A DNA stretch of 64,000 nucleotides, from positions 938,406 to 1,002,405 of the forward strand of contig JAHLLG010000002.1 in the NCBI GenBank assembly GCA_020444275.1, written 5' to 3'. Position numbers and translations under genes: made by a program. This document shows, in pieces, positions 1-9,650 of the stretch. Positions within the stretch are counted from its first letter, which is position 1. Each line of letters starts with the position of its first letter. The DNA is from Bacteroidota bacterium (GTDB taxonomy: Bacteria; Bacteroidota; Bacteroidia; Bacteroidales; UBA12077). The notes beneath the pieces were generated by a model, which saw only the letters and a program-made list of their open reading frames with translations, ran no database searches and was not told the DNA's origin.

Positions 1-1127
1 TGGGAGATGTTAAATCTATTTTCCATCTCAATTAAGGCTTCAAACTGCTGCACTGAATAAAGCGAATCATAAACAGATAAATATCTTTTATAACTTTTAC
101 TGGCTGACTCAAAATCTCCAATATTTTCATAGAACTTAGCTGATGTTTTATAACTTATTAGAATATTAGATGAATATCCTAATTTTTTTGCTTGCTGAAT
201 AGCTTCCTGTAATTGCTCCTTTCCTTGTGCTCTTTTTCCTATTAAAGAATATATAAGTGCAATACCCAACTTATTCTGAATAATACCTTCCTTATGATTA
301 CCTTCCCTGTTATATTTTAACGACTCATAATAATTAGTAAGTGCCTTTTTATAGTCCCCTTTCTCAAATAATACATCAGCAATACCATTTAAAGAGAGGG
401 CGATATACATTTTATTATCGAGCTTTTTATGCAAAATTATTGATTCCTGAAAGTACCGACACGCTTTATCCAAATCATTTTTTTCAAAATAAGACACACC
501 AATTTCATAGTGAGCTGAAGCGATCCCAATACTATCTTCTATTTCTTTCCTTAAACTAATGGCTTGCTTAAAAAATTTAATGGACAAATCATATTTATGG
601 TCTTTTCTATATGCGAGACCTAAATTAATATAACTGTAAGCCAGCCCTCTTTTATTATTTAACTGCTGGAAATAATGCAAAGAATTTTTACCATATTTTA
701 GTGCCAATGGAATATTTCCAATTAAATAAAATGCGTCTCCGAGATTATTATAAGCATATCCTATTTGCAAGGTATCATTTACTCTATAGGCTGCTTCCAG
801 GGCATCATGATAATAAGGAATAGCTGCTTTAACATCCTTTATATAATGCATATAAACAACGCCAACATAGTTACAAACTTTTGCTTTTTGTTTATAATAA
901 CCTAAACTATCAGCCAGATTTATTGCCTTTATACCATATATAAGAGATGAATCCTTAGATCTTTCCCTTAAGTTCCAACAAAGATCACTAAGAGCTTCCA
1001 CTTTCTCTATATTATTATCTTCATTATGCTTTTTTGAAATTAAATGGACCTGACTTTTGGAATTACCGTTAATTGAATATATTAGAAATAATAAGGATAG
1101 AGCAATCTTAGAAATTATGTTAAGCAT
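1..1127 (-). CDS. TPR-repeat protein with signal peptide, probably the periplasmic part of a TPR sensor kinase/regulator; 3' end runs out of the window
   Basis: Not in the ORF track. Hand translation from ATG at 1127 gives MLNIISKIALSLLFLIYS...VEALSDLCWNLRERSKDSSLIYGIKAINLADSLGY. The same frame reads ...YDSLYSVQQFEALIEMENRFNIS at the window edge, typical of the TPR-to-TM linker of Bacteroidota TPR sensors. Confidence 0.75.
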   Translation of the reverse strand, partial: MLNIISKIALSLLFLIYSINGNSKSQVHLISKKHNEDNNIEKVEALSDLCWNLRERSKDSSLIYGIKAINLADSLGYYKQKAKVCNYVGVVYMHYIKDVKAAIPYYHDALEAAYRVNDTLQIGYAYNNLGDAFYLIGNIPLALKYGKNSLHYFQQLNNKRGLAYSYINLGLAYRKDHKYDLSIKFFKQAISLRKEIEDSIGIASAHYEIGVSYFEKNDLDKACRYFQESIILHKKLDNKMYIALSLNGIADVLFEKGDYKKALTNYYESLKYNREGNHKEGIIQNKLGIALIYSLIGKRAQGKEQLQEAIQQAKKLGYSSNILISYKTSAKFYENIGDFESASKSYKRYLSVYDSLYSVQQFEALIEMENRFNIS

Positions 1128-1204
1128 TATTTAATGTAATTGTTTCAAGTAAAGATAATAATAATTTTGTGCGCAGCAATTTATAGCTGGCAACCCTATT
1201 TATT

Positions 1205-1237
1205 AAAAAGGTTCATCATGATATTTGATGAACCTTT
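1205..1237 (-). terminator. Intrinsic terminator of the M28 peptidase gene
   Basis: AAAGGTTCATCA-N7-TGATGAACCTTT stem with an A-tract (U-tract on the minus strand). Confidence 0.75.
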
Positions 1238-1259
1238 ATAATATTTATTTTGGCCTTTT

Positions 1260-2900
1260 TTAGTCTTCACTGTTTAGTACATATCTTTTATAAATCCAAC
1301 TATCTTCGTTCCATTTAATTTCTTCCATCATATTGGTTATATAATAAATAGTAAGGAAATTATATTTTAACCCGATATGGAATGCTTCTTTAGAATAATC
1401 CTGATCCAAGTCATCGAATGGTGAATGGTAATATTCACTCATCCACTTTTCAATTTCTTTGTACGCATTGATTTTAGAATCAACAGCAGTATAACCATTG
1501 GCAACATTTAAAACCGGAATACCTTTTTGTAAAAATGATGCCTGATCGCTTCTAAACAGATAGTTGTTTTCTTCCTCCTTATTATCATCAACAATAAGGT
1601 TTAAATTTTCTGCTGTAAAATCAATGGCTTCAGATAGATTTGAGTGGGAATAACCCATTGGAATAATATCTTTTGTAGGAAATAAACCGGCAACCATATC
1701 AATATTAATATTGGCTACAATATTTTCAGTGCCCATATTATTGTAGGCAGCATAATATTTTGAGCCTAACAATCCTTTTTCTTCTGCAGTATAACAGATA
1801 AAAACAAGTGATCTTCTGGGTTGCAAAGAGGCCTTATTAAATGTTTCAGCAAAACTCAATAGTGAAGCCACTCCTGTAGCATTGTCCCACATCCCATTAT
1901 AAATTGAATCGCCTTTTACAGCTTTACCTATACCCACATGATCCATATGCGCACCAACCGTAACATACTCGTTTTTTAAAAGAGAATCTGTTCCTGGTAA
2001 AATTGCTACTACATTTTTACAACTATAATTTTCAATATTAACTTTATACTTACATGAAATTTCCGATCTAAGCGCTTGACTTACAAATTGCCCTTTCTTT
2101 GCTTTTCGAATGCTTGATGATAGATTTAAATCATTCTGTTTAAAAATATTCTTAATAAAATCTTTCTTGGCGAATGCTGCTACTCCCAAATTAAAATTGG
2201 CCATTGATCCATCCAGTGCACTATCAGCCAATGAAACTACCGGCCGACCCGTAAATCGATGAATTTGATTAAAAACCATATTTTGGAATAAACCTTTGTT
2301 AAAAAATATAATAATTCCTGACGCCCCCTGACTTATGGCATTACTCACTTTAACAAAAGGATCAAATGAATTGTAATCTTTTAACGATTTTGGAGCTCCA
2401 AGCATGGCAATTACAGTTTTACCCTTAACATCAAGCCCTTCGTAATCGTTTATATTTTTGTCTGGCATAATATTACCGAACCCTACGAATACTAATTGTT
2501 GTTTCTCTGCAACTTGAAGATTTTTTGGACTGGTAAGAATTGAAATATTATTAGCGTAACTACCATCAACAATATCAGTTCCTAAAACTGATTGAAATTC
2601 GATTGAAGATGTTATAACAGATCGCTTTTTAAATGGTACAGACTGAAAAAAGGTGTTGTTATCGCCATAAGGTTTACATCCTAATCTCTCAAATTCTTCA
2701 GCAACATGACTTGCAGCCTTATCATACCCTTCTGATCCTACATCGCGACCTTCGAGATTATCTCCTGCTAGGTATTCTAAATGATGTTGAAAATAATTAT
2801 AATCAATACCTTGAGTTATATCTACAATATGTTTTTGCGCTTTACCAACAAAAGCAATACATAAAACAAGCAATAATGTTATAAGCTTTAATTTATTCAT
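1260..2900 (-). CDS. Secreted M28-family zinc peptidase with PA domain
   Basis: Signal peptide (GKA-Q); GAHMDH, DNATG, TAEEKGLLGS, NIDM, RSDQ and YH motifs. Confidence 0.9.
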   Translation of the reverse strand: MNKLKLITLLLVLCIAFVGKAQKHIVDITQGIDYNYFQHHLEYLAGDNLEGRDVGSEGYDKAASHVAEEFERLGCKPYGDNNTFFQSVPFKKRSVITSSIEFQSVLGTDIVDGSYANNISILTSPKNLQVAEKQQLVFVGFGNIMPDKNINDYEGLDVKGKTVIAMLGAPKSLKDYNSFDPFVKVSNAISQGASGIIIFFNKGLFQNMVFNQIHRFTGRPVVSLADSALDGSMANFNLGVAAFAKKDFIKNIFKQNDLNLSSSIRKAKKGQFVSQALRSEISCKYKVNIENYSCKNVVAILPGTDSLLKNEYVTVGAHMDHVGIGKAVKGDSIYNGMWDNATGVASLLSFAETFNKASLQPRRSLVFICYTAEEKGLLGSKYYAAYNNMGTENIVANINIDMVAGLFPTKDIIPMGYSHSNLSEAIDFTAENLNLIVDDNKEEENNYLFRSDQASFLQKGIPVLNVANGYTAVDSKINAYKEIEKWMSEYYHSPFDDLDQDYSKEAFHIGLKYNFLTIYYITNMMEEIKWNEDSWIYKRYVLNSED

Positions 2901-3031
2901 TTTTATTTAAATTATAAGAGAATTAAATAATACACTTGTTTAGATTGTAATTACACATTATGGTTTAAAACTCATTATATTTTAGATATTGTCGAACAAG
3001 AAAGTTAACCATTAAGTTATAAGATAAACTA

Positions 3032-4117
3032 TTATCTTATCTGTTTTACCTGGTATAAGCTTGTTGATTTTCTTTTTCCTTTTAGTTTTATATCACCAAC
3101 CTCTTTACAGTTAAACTCTTTTGGGGCTTTAATGATCTGATAAAGATCACCTGAAATGAGAAAGTTCTGCTTATACTCATTACACATGGATTCAATTCTT
3201 GCAGCAGTATTTATGGTATCGCCATTATACGAAATATCTCTGCGTATTTGTCCTACTTGCAGTACCATTACTTTTCCGACATGCGCACCAGCTTTAAATT
3301 TTGGAATTAAATTATACTTTCGGTTATAATAGCGTGATCGTCTGTTTATAGTATGGGTAAAAGCATAAAATGCGTGCATAAAATTGTTATGTTTTAATCC
3401 TTTTTTAAGATTCCATGAGATAATAGCACCATCACCAAGATACTGGTATATTTCACCACCATAGTTATCTACCACAGCCAAATCGTTAAAAATATCCTGT
3501 ACCAGATGACTAAACTTTTTATGCTCCAGTTTTTCTGCAATTGTTGTTGACGATTTCATATCCAAAAACATAAAAATTCTTTCTTCTTCGCGGGGTTTAT
3601 TCATCATTCCTAATAGCCAGTTGCGAATATTTCCTTTTCCAACTTTCTTTATGGTACCTCGAATGAAGTTATTAAAAAAACCTGCCACATAGAAAAATCC
3701 TAAAAATCTAATGAAGTAAATATCCATATCAGGAAGTAACTTCAAAATTTCTTTATAATTCCATTCTGTATAGATTGTTAGTGGCGATCGGGCAGCAATT
3801 AAAATCAAGATAAAAGCAGAAGCAAGGTACAATACTGATCTTAAGAAGATCATTAATCGTATGGGGAAAAAACGCATTACCCGGTCATTAAAAATAAAAT
3901 CGATAAAAGAAAAAAGTAATGAAATGGCAATAGTTAAGAATAACAATACAACGTATATATTCTTAATTTCAAGCAAGTTAAAATGTACTTTGAATATTTG
4001 CTGCTCACCTGTAATAAAAGTATAGAAAAGTAAAGCAAGGTACCAATACACCAAATGAAAAAAGAGTGTGCGGTTAAATTTATTGATACGAATAGTGAGT
4101 TTATCGGCTGATATCAT
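3032..4117 (-). CDS. Membrane-anchored class III adenylate/guanylate cyclase-domain protein
   Basis: About 4 N-terminal TM helices; FLDMKSST, YQYLGDG and GDTINTAARIES motifs. Start moved from 4147 to ATG 4117 because 4147 lies inside a terminator hairpin and upstream of a TATCTTTG -7 box. Confidence 0.85.
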   Translation of the reverse strand: MISADKLTIRINKFNRTLFFHLVYWYLALLFYTFITGEQQIFKVHFNLLEIKNIYVVLLFLTIAISLLFSFIDFIFNDRVMRFFPIRLMIFLRSVLYLASAFILILIAARSPLTIYTEWNYKEILKLLPDMDIYFIRFLGFFYVAGFFNNFIRGTIKKVGKGNIRNWLLGMMNKPREEERIFMFLDMKSSTTIAEKLEHKKFSHLVQDIFNDLAVVDNYGGEIYQYLGDGAIISWNLKKGLKHNNFMHAFYAFTHTINRRSRYYNRKYNLIPKFKAGAHVGKVMVLQVGQIRRDISYNGDTINTAARIESMCNEYKQNFLISGDLYQIIKAPKEFNCKEVGDIKLKGKRKSTSLYQVKQIR

Positions 4118-4129
4118 AGCAGCAAAGAT

Positions 4130-4158
4130 AAAAAAAGCTGTCATCAAAAATGACAGCT
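4130..4158 (-). terminator. Intrinsic terminator of 4184..4579, abutting the cyclase promoter (-7 box TATCTTTG at 4123..4130)
   Basis: AGCTGTCAT-N5-ATGACAGCT followed by T7 on the minus strand. Confidence 0.75.
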
Positions 4159-4183
4159 ACGCACATAAATATAATCTTAACTC

Positions 4184-4579
4184 TTATCCTTCTGCTCTTA
4201 TATATTTTGCAGTTTTTACCAGTAAAATTATTCCCAAAATAAACGAAGCAAGGTATATAACCAGTGTAATTATAGCTGATATAATAATTAGCGTCAAGCC
4301 ATTTTGATACATATTGATCCTATCGCTAACTAAAAAAGCAATTAGAGCAATAGTTATTGGATTACATTTTACGATTGCCCAAATACCAACAAAATAGTTC
4401 CATCTGACTAAACTTGGTTTCATGGCTTTATATGCTCCATACCATGTAATTACTCCCAAAACAACTGTTATGTAATTATGTGTCAAAAAGAGTAGTAAAA
4501 AAATCTCAAGTACTCCTACGATTAGAAAGAATAAATCAAGGTGATAAATACTTTTTAGCTTGGCGTTCTGATCAGACAT
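4184..4579 (-). CDS. Hypothetical membrane protein (about 4 TM)
   Basis: Hydrophobic 131-aa ORF with its own terminator. Confidence 0.7.
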   Translation of the reverse strand: MSDQNAKLKSIYHLDLFFLIVGVLEIFLLLFLTHNYITVVLGVITWYGAYKAMKPSLVRWNYFVGIWAIVKCNPITIALIAFLVSDRINMYQNGLTLIIISAIITLVIYLASFILGIILLVKTAKYIRAEG

Positions 4580-4689
4580 AATGAAAGGTTTATTGGTTTT
4601 TTATATAAAAATAAAGAAATTGTTTATAAATACCAATAAATCAATAAATTAACTCTAATAGTTTTAAATTTACACCCACTTGGCTACAT

Positions 4690-4714
4690 AAAAAAATCCG
4701 GCAAACGCCGGATT
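4690..4714 (-). terminator. Intrinsic terminator of ettA
   Basis: AATCCGGC-AAAC-GCCGGATT plus A7 tract just after the stop codon. Confidence 0.8.
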
Positions 4715-4717
4715 AAT

Positions 4718-6403
4718 CTATTTTGTAAGTTTCTTATATTTAAATCGTTTGGGAGAATCGGTTCCTAATCTCTTTTTGCGATTTTCTTCATATTCAGAAA
4801 AAGAACCTTCGAAGAAATGAACATGGCCTTCGCCCTCGTAAGCTAGTATATGTGTTGCAATGCGATCTAAGAACCAACGATCGTGACTAATAACCACAGC
4901 ACAACCTGCAAAATTCTCTAAACCTTCTTCAAGGGCACGTAAGGTATTAACATCAATATCGTTTGTAGGCTCATCGAGCAATAGAACATTTCCCTCTGCT
5001 TTTAAAGCCAATGCCAAATGTAAACGATTTCGTTCACCGCCTGAAAGTACTCCACATTTCTTCTCCTGATCTGATCCGCTAAAGTTAAATCGTGAAACAT
5101 AAGCGCGTGCATTCATGGTGCGATTTCCGAGTTGGATATTTTCCAAGCCGTCAGAAATTACCTGATACACAGTTTTCTCAGGATCAATGGCCTGATGTGT
5201 TTGATCTACATAACTTATTTTAACGGTTTCTCCTATTTCCATGGTACCTTTATCGGGTTGCTCCTGATCCATTATCATTCTAAACAAGGTTGTTTTACCT
5301 GCTCCATTTGGACCAATAACACCAACTATCCCGGCCGGTGGTAAGGTAAAGTTTAAATCACTGATTAAAACACGATCATCATATGCCTTGGTTAGACCTT
5401 CTGCATTTATAACCTTATCGCCTAATCGTGGGCCATTTGGAATATAGATTTCCAATTTTTCTTCTTTCTGCTTTACATCTTCGTTCATCATTTTATCGTA
5501 AGCAGATAAACGAGCTTTTGATTTAGCATGACGTGCTTTTGGTGCCATTCTTACCCAATCCAACTCACGTTCAAGTGTTTTTCTTCTCTTAGAAGCCACT
5601 TTCTCTTCCATCTGTAAACGCTTCGACTTCTGTTCCAACCACGAAGTATAATTACCTTTCCATGGAATACCTTCACCACGATCCAGTTCTAAAATCCAAC
5701 CAGCAACATTATCTAAGAAATACCTATCGTGCGTTATACAAATTACAGTTCCTTTATACTGCTTAAGATGCTGCTCTAGCCATAACATACTTTCAGCATC
5801 CAGGTGGTTTGTTGGCTCATCAAGCAATAATACATCAGGTTCTTGTAATAATAACCGGCATAATGCTACACGTCTTCTTTCTCCGCCCGACAATTCCTTA
5901 ATTGGCTGATCATCCGGAGGACATTGTAAAGCATCCATCGCTCGATTCAATTTGGTATCAATATTCCAGGCATCTAACTGGTCAATTTGTTCTTGCAGGC
6001 GTGCCTGTTCTGCCATGAGCTTGTCCATAGCATCAGGGTCCTCATAAATCTCAGGAAGTTCAAACTTCTTGTTCACCTCTTCATATTTCTGAAGAACATC
6101 ACTTACCTCCTGAACGCCTTCCATTACAACTTGCTTAACATTTTTGCTTTCATCCAGTTCAGGTTCCTGTTCTAATAATCCAACGGTATAGCCCGGAGCA
6201 AATACAACCTCACCATTGTAGTTTTTATCTTTTCCAGCAATAATCCTTAACAAGGTTGATTTACCACTACCATTTAAACCTATAATACCAATCTTAGCTC
6301 CAAGAAAAAATGATAAGCTTATATCTTTTATTACCGTTTTATTCGGCGGATAAGTTTTACTTACCCTGCTCATTGAAAAAATAATCTGTTTATCGTCTGA
6401 CAT
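4718..6403 (-). CDS. ettA: Energy-dependent translational throttle protein EttA (ABC-F)
   Basis: Two ABC domains (GLNGSGKST/LSGGE/LDEPTNHLD and GPNGAGKTT/LSGGE/DEPTND), no TM segments, EttA-typical linker ELDWVRMAPKARHAKSKARL. Confidence 0.95.
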   Translation of the reverse strand: MSDDKQIIFSMSRVSKTYPPNKTVIKDISLSFFLGAKIGIIGLNGSGKSTLLRIIAGKDKNYNGEVVFAPGYTVGLLEQEPELDESKNVKQVVMEGVQEVSDVLQKYEEVNKKFELPEIYEDPDAMDKLMAEQARLQEQIDQLDAWNIDTKLNRAMDALQCPPDDQPIKELSGGERRRVALCRLLLQEPDVLLLDEPTNHLDAESMLWLEQHLKQYKGTVICITHDRYFLDNVAGWILELDRGEGIPWKGNYTSWLEQKSKRLQMEEKVASKRRKTLERELDWVRMAPKARHAKSKARLSAYDKMMNEDVKQKEEKLEIYIPNGPRLGDKVINAEGLTKAYDDRVLISDLNFTLPPAGIVGVIGPNGAGKTTLFRMIMDQEQPDKGTMEIGETVKISYVDQTHQAIDPEKTVYQVISDGLENIQLGNRTMNARAYVSRFNFSGSDQEKKCGVLSGGERNRLHLALALKAEGNVLLLDEPTNDIDVNTLRALEEGLENFAGCAVVISHDRWFLDRIATHILAYEGEGHVHFFEGSFSEYEENRKKRLGTDSPKRFKYKKLTK

Positions 6404-6533
6404 ATATTTAAATTAAATTTTATAGCTGAACAAAATTAGTAAAAGATTAACTCATTTGCATTTTATAAGAAAGAGAAATAACTTTATTATGTGCAATATT
6501 CGAATTACGTCTAACTATTTTTTTTACTTTAAT

Positions 6534-6559
6534 TGTAACTATTTAACGAGTGAAGCGTC
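6534..6559 (+). promoter_or_regulatory. Putative ECF sigma promoter for the M1 peptidase
   Basis: TGTAAC-N16-CGTC, 27 nt upstream of the ATG. Confidence 0.45.
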
Positions 6560-6586
6560 ATTTTAAAGAAAATTAAATTAACCAAT

Positions 6587-9583
6587 ATGAAAAAAATTAA
6601 CACTTTAATTATTATTCTTCTGTTTTGTAATTATTTAGCAGTTGCTCAAAACTATTTCCAGCAAGAAGTGAATTACACTATTCAGGTTAAACTGGATGAT
6701 AAAACCCATGAACTAAGTGCTTTTGAAGAAATTGAATACATCAATAATTCACCAAACACCCTAAATTTCATATACTTTCATTTATGGCCCAATGCGTACA
6801 AGAATAATTCCACCGCATTAGCTAAACAAAAGCAACAGTATACTTATTATGATATTGAAAAATACTCTCATATGAAGGGTTATATTGATTCGTTAGATTT
6901 TAAAATCAATGGAGAACCAGCAAAATGGGAACTGGATGAAAATCATATTGATATTTGTAAGCTTTACTTAAATAAACCGTTAAAGCCTAATGAGAAAATA
7001 ACCATTACTACACCTTTTCATGTAAAAATACCATCAAGTAGAATCTCCAGGTTAGGTCATCATAAACAATCTTACCAGATTACTCAATGGTACCCTAAGC
7101 CAGCTGTTTACGACAGCAAAGGATGGCATCAAATGCCTTATCTCAACACAGGTGAATTCTACTCAGAGTTTGGTTCATTCGATGTTTCAATAACACTACC
7201 AAAAAATTATGTTGTTGGTGCAACCGGTGACTTACAAAATAAGGAAGAAATTGAATGGTTAAATCAACTTGCCGAAAAAACAGCAGGAATTAAGGACTTT
7301 GACAAAACGGACCATTCTTTTCCCGAATCATCCACTGAACTAAAAACACTACAATATACACAGAAAAACGTGCACGATTTTGCCTGGTTTGCAGATAAAA
7401 GATATCACGTATTAAAAGGTGAAAGAGAGATGCCGAATACGAAAAAAACGGTGACATGTTGGGCTATGTTCTTGAATAAGGAAGCTGATCTATGGCAACG
7501 ATCTATTGAATACATTGGTGATGCACTTTACTATTATTCTTTATGGTATGGTGATTATCCTTATAATCAATGCACAGCTGTACACTCTTCAATTAGTGCA
7601 GGTTCTGGTATGGAATATCCGAACATTACAGTAATTGGCGATTCTAGAAAACCTATGTTACTCGAAATGGTAATTATGCACGAAGTTGGACACAACTGGT
7701 TTTATGGCATCCTTGGTTTTAATGAAAGAGAACATCCCTGGTTAGACGAAGGAATAAATAGTTTCAGCGAGGCCAGGTATATGAAAGAAAAATATAATGG
7801 CGAAGATAAACTTTATAAGTTAGGTTTAAGCGAAAAACAAGCCAAGTTTCTTCACCTGGACAATCTTTCATATCATACTTTTCCTTATTTTTCTTATTTA
7901 ATAACAGCACGTTTTAACATTGATCAGCCGGCATCTTTAGCTTCAGAAGAATATACTGCAAGTAATTATGGACAAATAATTTATCATAAAACTTCATGTG
8001 TTTTTACTTACCTGCACAATTACCTGGGTGAGGAAACTTTTAATCACATTATGCAGGATTTTTATGAGGAATGGAAATTTAAACATCCTTATCCCGAAGA
8101 TATCAGGGCTGCATTTGAAAGTGCTACCAATAAGGATTTAGACTGGATTTTTGATGATTTATTGCAAACAACTAAAAAACTGGATTATAAAATAACTAAA
8201 CTTGAGGATAACAAGGTTACCATAGCCAATAAAGGAATGATTAATGCACCTTGCCCAATATCGGGAATTAAAGATAATCAGGTTGTATTTACTCAATGGC
8301 ACGATGGTTTTAACGATAAAAAAAGTTTTGAAATCCCTTCGGGTCAATCATACGACTGCATTGCAATAGATGCTCAGGAATCTATGCCCGAAATATATCG
8401 CGGAAATAATTATATCAAAACGAAAGGTTTGCTCAAAAAAGTAGAACCACTGCAAGTTCAATTTTATGGTATTGCTGAAAACCCAAAACGGACAACACTC
8501 AATTTATCTCCTGCAATGGGATACAATTTGTATAATGAGTATATGTTGGGACTTGTATTTTATAATTCGTTCATTCCACGAAATAAATTTGAATATCAGA
8601 TAGCTCCCATGTACGGATTTGGAAATAAAAATCTTTCCGGATCGGCAAGAATAGCCTATCATATTTTACCTTACGAATCTTTATTTAGAGAGGTTACTTT
8701 GGAATTATCAGGTAAACGTTTTGCTTTTTCGCATGCTTCTGATGATAACTTCCATAAGCTAAAAGCTGACATCGGATTTGACTTTAAAAAAAGTGATCCT
8801 TTGAATACGTATCGGCATTCTGTACATTTAAATTATATTATTGCTGATGATATGAATGATATTTTTACGGAAGTAAATCCAGAGCTGGAATCTTTTATCA
8901 ATCTAAATTACAAGTACAACAATTCGAGATTATCCAGTCCGCACTCAATCAAGGTTGGAGCTCAATATCACAAAGATTTTACTAAATTAAACGGTGAATT
9001 TAACTATAAATACAAATATCATCGCCAAAAGGCAATTGACATTAGACTTTTTGCCGGAACTTTTATTACCAAAAGTGATGATTACTCACCATTATATAAT
9101 TTTAATTTAAGTGGTGCATCAGGTATAAATGATTATACTTATGATGATATGTATTTTGGACGATTTGAAGATCCTGCAGGAGAACAGTTCTTTTCAAAAC
9201 AATATTACATAAATGATGGAGGTTTTACCACTTATGCACCGCAATTTACAACTCCTGAATGGTTGTTGGCTTTAAATGTTTCCGCAGCAATACCCGGATT
9301 GCCAAGAATTCTTAATTTTCATGTATATGGAAATATTGCAACATATGGTTCATGTGACAGCTATTTAGCTTACGATAATTCAGATAAGTTAAGCTGGGAA
9401 GCCGGTGTTCAGTATAGGATTGGTGGTAATACCATTATTATTTCATTACCTGTTGTAATGTCGAAACAGTTGAATGATTTTACAAGCGAGGTTCATAGCA
9501 ATGTTGCCGAAAGAATACGGTTTAGCTTTAATATCGACAATCTAAATCCTTTTAAGACATTTGAAAGCCAAATGGTTCAATAA
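6587..9583 (+). CDS. Secreted M1-family aminopeptidase with a long aromatic-rich C-terminal extension
   Basis: Signal peptide (AVA-Q); GMEYP, HEVGHNWF and downstream WLDEG gluzincin motifs. Confidence 0.88.
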   Translation: MKKINTLIIILLFCNYLAVAQNYFQQEVNYTIQVKLDDKTHELSAFEEIEYINNSPNTLNFIYFHLWPNAYKNNSTALAKQKQQYTYYDIEKYSHMKGYIDSLDFKINGEPAKWELDENHIDICKLYLNKPLKPNEKITITTPFHVKIPSSRISRLGHHKQSYQITQWYPKPAVYDSKGWHQMPYLNTGEFYSEFGSFDVSITLPKNYVVGATGDLQNKEEIEWLNQLAEKTAGIKDFDKTDHSFPESSTELKTLQYTQKNVHDFAWFADKRYHVLKGEREMPNTKKTVTCWAMFLNKEADLWQRSIEYIGDALYYYSLWYGDYPYNQCTAVHSSISAGSGMEYPNITVIGDSRKPMLLEMVIMHEVGHNWFYGILGFNEREHPWLDEGINSFSEARYMKEKYNGEDKLYKLGLSEKQAKFLHLDNLSYHTFPYFSYLITARFNIDQPASLASEEYTASNYGQIIYHKTSCVFTYLHNYLGEETFNHIMQDFYEEWKFKHPYPEDIRAAFESATNKDLDWIFDDLLQTTKKLDYKITKLEDNKVTIANKGMINAPCPISGIKDNQVVFTQWHDGFNDKKSFEIPSGQSYDCIAIDAQESMPEIYRGNNYIKTKGLLKKVEPLQVQFYGIAENPKRTTLNLSPAMGYNLYNEYMLGLVFYNSFIPRNKFEYQIAPMYGFGNKNLSGSARIAYHILPYESLFREVTLELSGKRFAFSHASDDNFHKLKADIGFDFKKSDPLNTYRHSVHLNYIIADDMNDIFTEVNPELESFINLNYKYNNSRLSSPHSIKVGAQYHKDFTKLNGEFNYKYKYHRQKAIDIRLFAGTFITKSDDYSPLYNFNLSGASGINDYTYDDMYFGRFEDPAGEQFFSKQYYINDGGFTTYAPQFTTPEWLLALNVSAAIPGLPRILNFHVYGNIATYGSCDSYLAYDNSDKLSWEAGVQYRIGGNTIIISLPVVMSKQLNDFTSEVHSNVAERIRFSFNIDNLNPFKTFESQMVQ

Positions 9584-9594
9584 TACAAGAATAC

Positions 9595-9638
9595 TAAAAA
9601 AGATACCCGGTTGTTAAAAAACCGGGTTTTCTTTTTTT
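9595..9638. terminator. Bidirectional terminator between convergent genes
   Basis: ACCCGGTT-N7-AACCGGGT flanked by A- and T-tracts. Confidence 0.75.
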
Positions 9639-9650
9639 ATGTCAACCGTT

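Noticed and set aside
341-559. 72-aa + strand ORF in the track
   Set aside because: Antisense shadow of the real TPR gene (1..1127, minus strand).
3032-4579. Pycsar-like defence pair (cyclase + TM effector)
   Set aside because: The cyclase is itself membrane-bound, the neighbour has no cyclic-nucleotide-binding domain, and a terminator plus separate promoter divides them.
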